DNA from: Nannocystis bainbridge
Lineage (GTDB): Bacteria; Myxococcota_A; Polyangia; Nannocystales; Nannocystaceae
DNA: 64,000 nucleotides
NCBI RefSeq assembly: GCF_028368995.1
Contig: NZ_JAQNDL010000001.1
Coordinates: forward strand, 1,504,001 to 1,568,000
Reading direction: 5' to 3'
Numbering within the stretch: position 1 is the first letter of the stretch; each line of letters begins with the position of its first letter. Below are positions 28,631 to 37,039 of this stretch, piece by piece. The notes beneath the pieces are model-generated. The model saw only the letters and a list, made by a program, of their open reading frames with translations. It did not search any database and was not told where the DNA came from. The position numbers and the translations under genes are program-made.

Positions 28631-29035
28631 ATGTCCTCCCTCGAGCTCGTGGCCCTGATCGTCGACGACTACGACCCCGCGATCGAATTCTTCGTCGGCG
28701 CGCTCGGCTTCACATTGGTCGAGGACTCGCCGGCGCACACCAACGACGGGCGCTCGAAGCGTTGGGTGGTCGTGCGGCCGCCCGGGGCGCAGACGGCGAT
28801 CTTGCTCGCGCGCGCCGACGGGCCGCGTCAGGCCGCGGCTGTCGGCGAGCAGTTCGCCGGCCGCGTCGGCCTGTTCCTGCGCGTCGACGACTTCGAGGCC
28901 GCACACGCGCGCATGCTCGCGGCCGGCGTCGAGTTCGTGTCTGCCCCGCGCACCGAGCCGTACGGGCGCGTCGCCGTGTTCCGCGACATCGCCGGCAACC
29001 GCTGGGACATGCTCGGCCCGGACCCGCGCCGCTGA
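28631..29035 (+). CDS. VOC/glyoxalase family protein
   Basis: LVALIVDDYDPAIEFF...KRWVVVRPPG...GRVGLFLRVDDF...YGRVAVFRDIAGNRWD; C-terminal part of ORF 26432..29035. Confidence 0.9.
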   Translation: MSSLELVALIVDDYDPAIEFFVGALGFTLVEDSPAHTNDGRSKRWVVVRPPGAQTAILLARADGPRQAAAVGEQFAGRVGLFLRVDDFEAAHARMLAAGVEFVSAPRTEPYGRVAVFRDIAGNRWDMLGPDPRR

Positions 29036-29061
29036 GCTGCCACCTCGTGGCGCACGCGAGT

Positions 29062-29083
29062 GACATGTCCTTTCGGACATGCC
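29062..29083. repeat. GACATGTC-N6-GACATG(T/C)C dispersed element
   Basis: GACATGTC CTTTCG GACATGCC, between convergent genes. Confidence 0.7.
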
Positions 29084-29086
29084 GCG

Positions 29087-30205
29087 TCACTCGGCGGCGA
29101 GCACCGCCAGCGCGTCCGACGACTCGTAGTAGACGGCGTCGAGCCCACGCAGCAGCGCGGCCCGCTGTTCGCGGGAGAACACCGGCTCTAGCGACTTCAA
29201 GACGCGAGGGTCGTAGAAGCGGAAATACACGCGGTCCGCCTCGCCCTCGACCTCGACCATCAAGAACTGTCGCAGGTGCCGCCGCACCGCCTCGAGCGGC
29301 TTCTTGCTGACGAGGAACACGCCCCACGCGTCGCCCCAGCCCTCATGGACCAGGCGCTCGAGCAGCAGGGAGTCGGCCCGCAGCTGGACCACGTACGGCG
29401 CCACGTCGTCGAACGCGCGGCCCCTCTCGCCGTCGAACAGCGAGGCGTAGGGATCGACGCTCTCCTCGATGAGCTGGAGCGCCCGCTCGGAGCGCGCGGC
29501 GTCGACGACCGCGTAGAGCGTGCCCGCGTCGCACGGGGCCCGGAGCGTGGCGAGAGCGGCGAGCCCCGCCTCGCTCGGCGTGACCGGCCCGGGCGGCGGC
29601 GTGTAGTCCTCGACGAGGAAGCGGAAGCTCGTGCGGCCGGCCGTCATCCACCCGCGGCTGGCCAGCTCGCCGACGAAGCACGGCTCGCCGTCGACGGCGA
29701 TCCGGTGCGGGTCGAGGGCCTGCACGTGGGCGCACACGCCGTCCCACACGATCTGGAAGTGCGGCGAGCCGCCGGCATCGGCGTGGACCACGAAATCGGA
29801 CCGCGCAGTGCCCACGGTGCGCGGCTCACCCGGCTCGAGGATCAGCTTGTGGTAGCTCTCGCGGCCCGACCATACTTGCAAGATCGCTCGACGCCTCGTC
29901 GCCGGCCCGAGCGGCAGCAGGTGATAGCGCGCGAACGTGTAGTCGAGCTCGCCGAGCGCGTCGGCGTATTCGGGGTCGAGCTCGCCGAACTCGCGGAGGC
30001 CGAGCGGACCGAGGTTGGTGCGCGCGCGATCGTCAGGGTGAGGGATCCGGCCGCGGGCGGTGGTCCGGGCCATGAACTCGAGCTGGACGGCGATCGTTCG
30101 CAGCGCGGGCCAGCGCGAGGGGTCGAGCGCGCGGGTGTGGGCGCGGGCCTCGGCGAGCACCTCCGCGAAGGCGTCGCGCGACGTGATCCGCATCAGCTCG
30201 GACAC
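29087..30205 (-). CDS. Tsi6-like immunity + degenerate FHA + DUF4123 T6SS adaptor fusion (copy 1)
   Basis: N-term QLEFM...NLGPLGLREFGELDPEYADAL; middle VGT..SDFVV..HFQIVWDG..VDGEP..AGRTSFRF; C-term LYAVVDAAR..SLFDG..APYVVQL..WGVFL..HLRQFLMV..YFRFYDPRVL. Confidence 0.85.
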   Translation of the reverse strand: MSELMRITSRDAFAEVLAEARAHTRALDPSRWPALRTIAVQLEFMARTTARGRIPHPDDRARTNLGPLGLREFGELDPEYADALGELDYTFARYHLLPLGPATRRRAILQVWSGRESYHKLILEPGEPRTVGTARSDFVVHADAGGSPHFQIVWDGVCAHVQALDPHRIAVDGEPCFVGELASRGWMTAGRTSFRFLVEDYTPPPGPVTPSEAGLAALATLRAPCDAGTLYAVVDAARSERALQLIEESVDPYASLFDGERGRAFDDVAPYVVQLRADSLLLERLVHEGWGDAWGVFLVSKKPLEAVRRHLRQFLMVEVEGEADRVYFRFYDPRVLKSLEPVFSREQRAALLRGLDAVYYESSDALAVLAAE

Positions 30206-30208
30206 GCG

Positions 30209-31198
30209 TCAGCCCCACGGGTGAAAGCGCTTGGGGATCATGACCTGCGTGGCGCCGCCCTTGCAGTGCACGGGATCCGCGAGCGACCAATCGTCGACGA
30301 TGGGGGCGGCGGTGCTCTGGAGGCCGAGAGCGGGATCGCCGAAGGTGACCTCGCGCGGCTCGCGGACCACGGGCGGCGGGCTCGGCTTGCCGTCGACGAG
30401 CGCGTAGGCGGAAGACGAGCAGCCGACCTCCTCCGGCGTGATCGACGGGTCGAGCGTGAAGTACTGGCCGGTGCCGGCGCCCGGGATGCTGCGCTGAAAC
30501 AGGGTCTGCTCGCTGAACGAGCGCACCGAGACGGGCCGGCTCAGGTCGATGCCCTTGATGTGCGAGAGGATCTGGCTCGGCTTCATCTTGCTGGGCCCGT
30601 GCGCGGCGTAGAACTGATAGGCGACGGCGTAGCGGGTCTGCACGCGCAGCTCCGCGAGGCCGTCGTCCGCGTCGTCCTGGGCGGCGAGCTCGTGCTTCGA
30701 GACGTCGAGGTCGGCGAAGGCGTCGCGGCCGCTGCGGGCGCCGGGCGGCGGCTCGTCGTCGTCGAGGGTCGCGCTGCCCGGGTCGGACGCGATCGGCTCG
30801 GCGGAGTCGTCGAAGGTGTCGACCGCGACGCGCTGGCGCTCGCACTCCTCACAGAAGGGCGTCCCGCGGCGCGCGGCGACCCGGAGCGCGAAGCTCTGCG
30901 GGGTGTCGCCGATGATCACGGTCGGGCAGCCGGCCGTGATCATGTCGCCCGAGGCGTGCACGGCGGGATCGGTGCGGCGCGCGGCCTGGCGGTGATTGAT
31001 CAGCACGGTCGCCGAGCCCTGCTTGATCTTGTCGGTCGGACCGACCGGGAAGCACACGACGCGATCGTCCTTCCGCGCCGCCGGGAGGAAGCCGACGATC
31101 ACGTCGGCGCTGCCCGAATAGATCGGCCCGCCGACGTGCGGCACGGGCCCGTCTTTGGGGCAGCTGTGATAGTCGCTGATCCGGGCGGCTTCGGGCAT
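30209..31198 (-). CDS. PAAR protein with C-terminal Ntox46/Tse6-like NAD(P)+ glycohydrolase toxin (copy 1)
   Basis: EAARISDYHSCP..PAARKDD..QAARRTD..GCPTVIIG; toxin SHIKGID..GQYFT..QSTAAPIVDDWS..GGATQ. Confidence 0.88.
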   Translation of the reverse strand: MPEAARISDYHSCPKDGPVPHVGGPIYSGSADVIVGFLPAARKDDRVVCFPVGPTDKIKQGSATVLINHRQAARRTDPAVHASGDMITAGCPTVIIGDTPQSFALRVAARRGTPFCEECERQRVAVDTFDDSAEPIASDPGSATLDDDEPPPGARSGRDAFADLDVSKHELAAQDDADDGLAELRVQTRYAVAYQFYAAHGPSKMKPSQILSHIKGIDLSRPVSVRSFSEQTLFQRSIPGAGTGQYFTLDPSITPEEVGCSSSAYALVDGKPSPPPVVREPREVTFGDPALGLQSTAAPIVDDWSLADPVHCKGGATQVMIPKRFHPWG

Positions 31199-31389
31199 GA
31201 CAACGGCCTTCTGCGGGTTCGTGGCAGCCTAACAGAAGACGCGGAGGGCGACACACGAACGGCGATGTGGCCATGGGACGCATCATGCGCGCCGCGGTCC
31301 GCGGATGCGTGCGCGACGCGGGCGCGCGCGCGCTTTCGTCGGCGCAATGGACAGACGCGGGTCATCGCGGGCATGATGGTCGGACGCCC
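31199..31389. promoter_or_regulatory. Divergent intergenic region conserved with 58288..58478
   Basis: 191 bp; shared blocks CAGCnTAACA, CATCATGCG, ATGCGTG, CAATGGACAGA, TCGCGGGCAnGATG. Confidence 0.6.
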
Positions 31390-33414
31390 GTGTCCGGTTC
31401 GTTCTCTCCGCGCGTCGGTGACCGCGTCCGCGAACGCTTCGAGCTGATGGCGCCGCTGCGCGAGGGCGGATCGACGCAGGTGTTCCTGGCCGTCGATCAT
31501 CAGGTCGGCCGCGAGGTGGAGCTGCTGCTGTTCGACCCGACCTGCGTCCGGGCCGAGTCGTGGAGCGCGTTCGCTCGAGCGGTCCGCGCGGCGGCCGCGG
31601 CCAAGATCCCGGGCCTGGTGCTGCCCCGGGGCTTGACGGAGGCCGCCCCCGCCCCGCCGTATTGCGCGACGGACGTACAAGCGGCGTCCAGCCTGGCGCG
31701 GCTGGTCGAGCGCGGCCCCACGCCCTGGCAGCGCGCGCTGACCCTGTGCGAGCGGATCGCGGCGATCGTCGAGCGCGCGCACGCGGCCACGGGCGTGGCC
31801 CACCGCGCGCTGACGCCGTCGCGCTGCGTCGTGACCGGGCGCGACGAGGTGCGGGTGCTCGACTACGGGGTCGTCGAGGTGACGGGCGTCGAGGACTCGC
31901 CGTACCGCGCACCGGAGCAGCAAGGCGACAGCGGCGATCCGCGGAGCGATGTCCGGGCGATCGGGGTGATGCTCTGTGAATTGATCACGGGCCAGCGCGT
32001 CGGCGACGAACCACCGCGGGTGGACGCGATCGCCGACCTGAGCCAGGGCGTCCGCGACCTCGTCCACAAGGCTCTGGGCGCCGATCCAGGGCAGCGCTAC
32101 GCCGATCTGGCGGCGCTGCGCGTGGCGATGTGCGCCCTGCTCGAGATCGAGTTCGTCGCGGTCCAGCCCGCGCCGCCGCCGGCTTCGCGCGAGCCGAAAC
32201 CAGCCCCGCGCGCCGAGCCGTCGCCCGCCGGCGCGGAGCCCCCGTTGCACGGCGGCGCGACGGCGTCTTCGCAGCGCGACGTACGGCGCGACACGGCGCC
32301 TCCGCAGTCGCGCCGCACGGCCCCGCAGTCCGTGGTCCCCTCGGCGCTCCCGCCTCCGCAATCGCGCCGCACGGCCCCGCAGTCCGTGGTCCCCTCGGCG
32401 CTCCCGCCTCGCTCGGCGAAGCCTTCGCCCGCCGCGCCGCCGCCCCTGCTGCCGCCGCTGGAGGACGGGACCCAGGTGCTCGCGCTCGATTCGATCGCGC
32501 AGGCACCGGCCGCGCGCACGAGCCGGACGGGCGCGCAGGTCCCCGTCCCCGCGAGCGACGGGACTCAGGTGCTCGCGCTCGATTCGCTCGCGCCTGCGTC
32601 ACCGACTGCGCGCACGCAAAGGACAGGCGCGCAGGTCCCCGTCTCCGCGGCGAGCGATGGGACTCAGGTGCTCGCGCTCGATTCGCTCACGCCCGCGTCA
32701 CCGGCTGCGCGCACGCACGAGACGGGCGCGCAGGTCCCCATCCCGGTGAGCGACAGGACCGAAGTGGTGTCGCTCGAAGCGATCGCGCAGGCAGCTCAGG
32801 CTGCGCGCGCGCGCAAGACGGGCGCGCAGGCGTCTGTTCCGCCGGCGAGCGCGAGGTCGGGGGCGACTTCGCGGCGCGCGGTCAACGGCTCGCCTGCAGC
32901 CTCCACCCGCCCCGGCACCGGGTCCCAGCGGGCCATCGCGCGTCCGGAGCCGCCGGTCGACGCGACGGTCGTCGCGCGCTCGCCCTTGAATCCTTCGCTC
33001 TCGCGGCTGCCGGCGCCGGCCTCGGCCGCCGCGAATGGCGTCACTCGACAGCCCGCGAATCGATCGACCCCGTCGCCCGCGATGGCGACATTCGTCGGGG
33101 CGCGGCCCGCCTCCGACTCGACGATGATCCTGCCGGCGCCCGAGCTCCCGGTGCGAGCGAGCGAGCCGGATCGCACGGTGATCTGGCGACCGCCAGGCGC
33201 GTCTGAAGACGACGCCGCAACGTCGCGCGGATCCTCGGAGGTCGCGCCGGAGCTGCCGTCGCACGAGCAGACCAGGATCCTCGCGCCGGGGCCCGTCCCG
33301 CCGAAGTCACCGCGGCTGGCCGCGGCCGCAGGATGGTCGCTGCAGAAGAAGCTGCTCGTCGTCAATGTCGCGCTCGCCGTGGTCATCCTGGTCGGGGTGA
33401 TCGTCGCGACCTGA
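31390..33414 (+). CDS. Membrane-anchored Ser/Thr pseudokinase with repetitive Pro/Ala/Ser linker (copy 1)
   Basis: Hanks fold remnants REGGSTQVF, VELLLF (no Lys), HRALTPSR (no Asp), DYG, YRAPEQ, SDVRAIG; C-terminal TM. GTG 31390 chosen by alignment with the paralog. Confidence 0.82.
   Translation: MSGSFSPRVGDRVRERFELMAPLREGGSTQVFLAVDHQVGREVELLLFDPTCVRAESWSAFARAVRAAAAAKIPGLVLPRGLTEAAPAPPYCATDVQAASSLARLVERGPTPWQRALTLCERIAAIVERAHAATGVAHRALTPSRCVVTGRDEVRVLDYGVVEVTGVEDSPYRAPEQQGDSGDPRSDVRAIGVMLCELITGQRVGDEPPRVDAIADLSQGVRDLVHKALGADPGQRYADLAALRVAMCALLEIEFVAVQPAPPPASREPKPAPRAEPSPAGAEPPLHGGATASSQRDVRRDTAPPQSRRTAPQSVVPSALPPPQSRRTAPQSVVPSALPPRSAKPSPAAPPPLLPPLEDGTQVLALDSIAQAPAARTSRTGAQVPVPASDGTQVLALDSLAPASPTARTQRTGAQVPVSAASDGTQVLALDSLTPASPAARTHETGAQVPIPVSDRTEVVSLEAIAQAAQAARARKTGAQASVPPASARSGATSRRAVNGSPAASTRPGTGSQRAIARPEPPVDATVVARSPLNPSLSRLPAPASAAANGVTRQPANRSTPSPAMATFVGARPASDSTMILPAPELPVRASEPDRTVIWRPPGASEDDAATSRGSSEVAPELPSHEQTRILAPGPVPPKSPRLAAAAGWSLQKKLLVVNVALAVVILVGVIVAT
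32297..32830 (+). repeat. Coding tandem repeats: PPQSRRTAPQSVVPSAL x2 and ~37-aa DxTxVxxLxx..ART..TGAQ units x4
   Basis: Visible in both DNA (gg(g/t)act/acccaggtgctcgcgctcgattcg recurs) and protein. Confidence 0.8.
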
Positions 33415-33829
33415 GGCGAGCGCCCGCGCGTGAGTCGCACGAGTGGCTTCGCGCGTCGCTGCGCGGACCTCTGCGCATGCTCGCCAGCGCTCGTCGCCGT
33501 CGTGACAGCCGCGCAAGAAGGCCGGCCCATGGACCGGCTATGTCCAGTGCGTATCCGGTGCGTCGTCGCCCGCGCCTCCGGGTGGACCGGGCGTCACGCG
33601 TCGGGAATCGTAGGAGTCCTCGAACCGCGCCCGGGCGAGGGCCTCACGGGCGATCCGAGGGGGTCCACGCGGCATCCGCATGCGCACGCCAGTTCGGTGA
33701 TTCACGCCGATCGTCCGGGGCGCGCGGGCTCGTCGCGCCGTCCGTGCCGGAGGCGACCGTGTTACAGTCCGCCGCGATGGACTCGGTGATGTCTCCGCGC
33801 TCGCGCAGCCACCGGGGCGAGGGACCACT

Positions 33830-36022
33830 TTGAGCACCCCAAAGGTCATCGGGTTGAACATCCGCAAGGAGGCGAGCGGACGCAGCGCCAAGCTCGGCCT
33901 GCTCCCACGCGGCGCACGGATCGAGCTCGGCGAGCGCTCGTCGGACGGCAAGTGGGCGCGGATCGGCCGCGTGGTGTCCGGCCAGATCGCCCCGGTGCAG
34001 CAGAACGGCGCCCTCGATCCCACGGCCGCCACCGGCTGGGTGTTCATCGGCGAGCTCGATCAAGGCGCCGCCCAGCCCGAGGTGTTCGACGAGGTCGTCG
34101 CCCCGGCCAAGCCGGTCGCGATGGCGGCCGGCGAGTTCGTCGGATACATCGGCGAATATCAACAGCACGTCGACGCGCTGCAGACCCCGGTCCGCGGGCG
34201 CCGTCCGCTGCTCCACCTCGAGGTGTTCAGCGGCGACGACGTCCCGGGCTTCATCGAGAAGTGCCGGCAATACGCCAAGACGCTGCCGGCCGGCAGCGGG
34301 ACCCTGTTCGTGGTCGAGAAGGGCGCGAAGCTGGTCCAGCCCGCGTCGTCGAACGGCGAGATCGGGGCCGACGACCCGGTGGCGCCCGTCGCCAGCAAGG
34401 CCGCCGGCGCGTGGGTGCAGGTCAAGCGCGCGACGCTGCAAGTGCTGGAGCGCCGCCCGCTCGGCGAATACGACACCGCGACCAAGACCTACGCCAGCGG
34501 CGCCGTCTTCACCGGCTGGTTCGTGGGCGCGCAGGACGGTCAGCGCACGCAGGACGAGGCCGCCTCGGGACGCCTCGGCTATACGCGACGCGAGGTGCTG
34601 GTGCCGACGGGCCAGCCGGTGTGGGTGGAGCGCTCGGCGCTCGACGCCCGGGCGACGGCGTGCGTGCCGTTGAAGACGTGGAGCGAGTATCCGCTGCGGG
34701 TGGCCAACGCCGCCGATCCGCCGGTCACCCTCACCCGCGTGATCTCGAAGACGGAGCTCGAGCGCACGCCGGCGAGCGGGCGGGCCACCGACCCCGATGG
34801 CAACCTCTGGTGGCGCGTGTCGGCGCGGCGCGACCCCGACTCGAGCGGCAACACCACGGCCGTCGGCTGGGCCTGTGAAAAGGGCCACGACAAGGTGTCG
34901 TGGCAATCGCCGTGGGCCTGGCCGGGCTTCGAGTTCGTCGAGGAGGGGGAGATCGAGCCGGTCGATCAGTGGTCGACGATGCTCTACCGCATGGGCATGG
35001 CCAACGACGAGGAGCTGAGCGACTTCAAGATGCGCGCCGACAAGGTCGACAAGAGCGCGCTGCTGCAGAAGCTCTACGAGCTGATCGACACCAACAAGAA
35101 CTGGATCTTCGAGCCCCACGAGCTGCGCGCGGCGATGCGGCAGCCGCTGCTGGCGCAGGCGTTGAGCCGGATCCTCAGCCGCTACGAGAGCGAGTGGGGC
35201 GGCGAGGACGCCAAGTGGGACGCCCTCGACCCGCTGGTCCTCGACGGCAAGCCGGAGTGGCAGGCCGAGAAGCTGCGGATCAAGGGGCTGCGGTGGTGGC
35301 CGCAGGTGGCCGCCAAGGTGCAGGGGTTCCCGAGCAGCCCGGTGGCCTACCACATCCATCCGACGGGCCTCATCGAGAACTTCTACTCCCAGCCCAGCGC
35401 CACCGCCGCCAGCGCCGACACCGGCGGCGCGCGGGAGAAGAGCGGCGCGGTGTGGGTCAGCCGCTTCATGCCCAGCCAGGCCATCTCGGACCTCAAGGAC
35501 CCGTTCCGCACGAGCGTCACGAACTTCTTCAACGCCCTCGCCACCGCGGGCGTGGCGAGGAACATCAACACCACGCTGCGCCCGCCGCAGCGCTCCTATT
35601 TGATGTACTACGCCCGCGAGATCACCGCGGGCCGGCTCGCGCCCGACAAGGTGCCCGCATTCGTCCCGCAGGACGGCGACGCGCCGGTCAACATCGACTG
35701 GGCGCACCTCGACAGCGCGGGCAAGCCGAACCTCACCGCCGCCCGGCAGGGGGCGCGAGAGATGGACACGAGGTACGGAGCCGCCGGCGCGATCGGCATG
35801 GCCTACCGGTCGAATCACAACAAGGGCCAGGCGATCGACGTCAGCTTCACGCCGGCGTGGGGCGTCGGCAAGAGCGTCGTCGACGCCACCGGCAAGACCG
35901 TGGCGATCGGCTCGAAGCGAGACCTGCTCGAGGTGGGCGCGACCTACGGCGTCTACCACTGGACCTACCACGGCGCGAAGACCAAATCCGACGAGCCGCA
36001 CTGGTCGCTGACCGGGAATTGA
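33830..36022 (+). CDS. Putative peptidoglycan-targeting effector: SH3b-like start, second half of M23/WHIX-like domain, EF-hand-like loop, C-terminal M15-type peptidase
   Basis: GLNIR..GWVF; VAMAAGEFVGYIGEY..LLHLEVF; IDTNKNWIFE; TLRPPQRSYLM..SNHNKGQAIDV..DEPHWS. TTG start after GAGGGA. Confidence 0.72.
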   Translation: MSTPKVIGLNIRKEASGRSAKLGLLPRGARIELGERSSDGKWARIGRVVSGQIAPVQQNGALDPTAATGWVFIGELDQGAAQPEVFDEVVAPAKPVAMAAGEFVGYIGEYQQHVDALQTPVRGRRPLLHLEVFSGDDVPGFIEKCRQYAKTLPAGSGTLFVVEKGAKLVQPASSNGEIGADDPVAPVASKAAGAWVQVKRATLQVLERRPLGEYDTATKTYASGAVFTGWFVGAQDGQRTQDEAASGRLGYTRREVLVPTGQPVWVERSALDARATACVPLKTWSEYPLRVANAADPPVTLTRVISKTELERTPASGRATDPDGNLWWRVSARRDPDSSGNTTAVGWACEKGHDKVSWQSPWAWPGFEFVEEGEIEPVDQWSTMLYRMGMANDEELSDFKMRADKVDKSALLQKLYELIDTNKNWIFEPHELRAAMRQPLLAQALSRILSRYESEWGGEDAKWDALDPLVLDGKPEWQAEKLRIKGLRWWPQVAAKVQGFPSSPVAYHIHPTGLIENFYSQPSATAASADTGGAREKSGAVWVSRFMPSQAISDLKDPFRTSVTNFFNALATAGVARNINTTLRPPQRSYLMYYAREITAGRLAPDKVPAFVPQDGDAPVNIDWAHLDSAGKPNLTAARQGAREMDTRYGAAGAIGMAYRSNHNKGQAIDVSFTPAWGVGKSVVDATGKTVAIGSKRDLLEVGATYGVYHWTYHGAKTKSDEPHWSLTGN

Positions 36023-36034
36023 TTCGCGCGAACA

Positions 36035-36106
36035 GACATGTCGCAAAGGACATGTCCGACGCACCGGCGTCGCGCGCTTCTGAGAACATGTCTCGAAGGA
36101 CATGTC
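36035..36106. repeat. Two copies of the GACATGTC-N6-GACATGTC element
   Basis: GACATGTC GCAAAG GACATGTC (36035-36056) and AACATGTC TCGAAG GACATGTC (36085-36106), between convergent genes. Confidence 0.75.
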
Positions 36107-36154
36107 TGACGAGTCGCGGGGTCGCTGACAAGAACCGGCGGCCCGGCGCCGCGC

Positions 36155-36643
36155 TCACGACGAGAACATGTAGAGCCGACGCGCGATCGCCCGCGGGCAC
36201 CGGCCGATCGGGTCGCCGACCTTTGCCCGGTTGCTGAACTCCTCGTCGGCCGCGGGGGTGGGCTTCGGCTGCGCCGGCGACTTCTCGCCGTCCCCGGTGT
36301 CCTGCGCCGCGGCCTCCTCGCAGAGCCGATCCATCACCTCGGTGGCGGACTTGGGGTTCGCCTTGGCGAGCAGCTCGGCGGCCCACGTGAGCTTCGGGTC
36401 GACGTCGAACTGCTCGCCGAGCACGGCGGCCAGCGCGAGGAAGCGGCTGACGTCTTTCTCGGAGGTGATGTGATGCGCGGCCGCCCGCTCGATGCCCGCC
36501 TTGACCTTGCCGAGGAGCTCCGCGCCGCTCATCCCCGCGACGGAGGGGAGCTGCTCGCCGAGGCGCTTCACCATCTGCGCCTCGAAGTCACGAGCGCCGG
36601 CCTCCGCGAGCTGGGTCATCTGTTGCTTGACGAACTTGAGCAT
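36155..36643 (-). CDS. Small helical T6SS-accessory-like protein (similar to 54573..54932)
   Basis: MLKFVKQQM...IERAAAHHITSEKDVSRFLALAAVLGEQFDVDPKLTWAAELL; tail VGDPIGRCP. Confidence 0.65.
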   Translation of the reverse strand: MLKFVKQQMTQLAEAGARDFEAQMVKRLGEQLPSVAGMSGAELLGKVKAGIERAAAHHITSEKDVSRFLALAAVLGEQFDVDPKLTWAAELLAKANPKSATEVMDRLCEEAAAQDTGDGEKSPAQPKPTPAADEEFSNRAKVGDPIGRCPRAIARRLYMFSS

Positions 36644-37039
36644 GGCGGCCGAACTACAGCTTCCATTTTTATCACTTCCGCTGCGCCCGCGCGACCGGGG
36701 CGGCGCACGCCGGACGCACGAGAGTTCGCCCTGGCTCGCCCCGCGGGCGCGCGATGCGTCCCAGGCGCAGCCCGTGCCGTGCAGGCTCATGTGCCTGTGC
36801 GTGCTGGCGCTCGCTTCGAGGACCGAGAGCGACGAGACGCGGCTGGCGCAGGCCGAGGTCTTCCGCTCTCGTGTCATCGTCGGGGCGTGAGCGCACTCGA
36901 GCGTCGGGCGTCTGTCCGCCGGGCCGAGCCAGGCCCGCGCGGACGCAGCGGCCGCCTTGCGCCGCCCTGGGCCCGTCGATATCCTCGCTCATGAGAACGC
37001 GCGTCGGAGCGACGCGACCGATCGGCGGCGGGTGGCGGG

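Noticed and set aside
31390-33414. Calling the kinase-like genes pseudogenes or active kinases
   Set aside because: Both reading frames are intact and share the same catalytic losses, which fits conserved pseudokinases.
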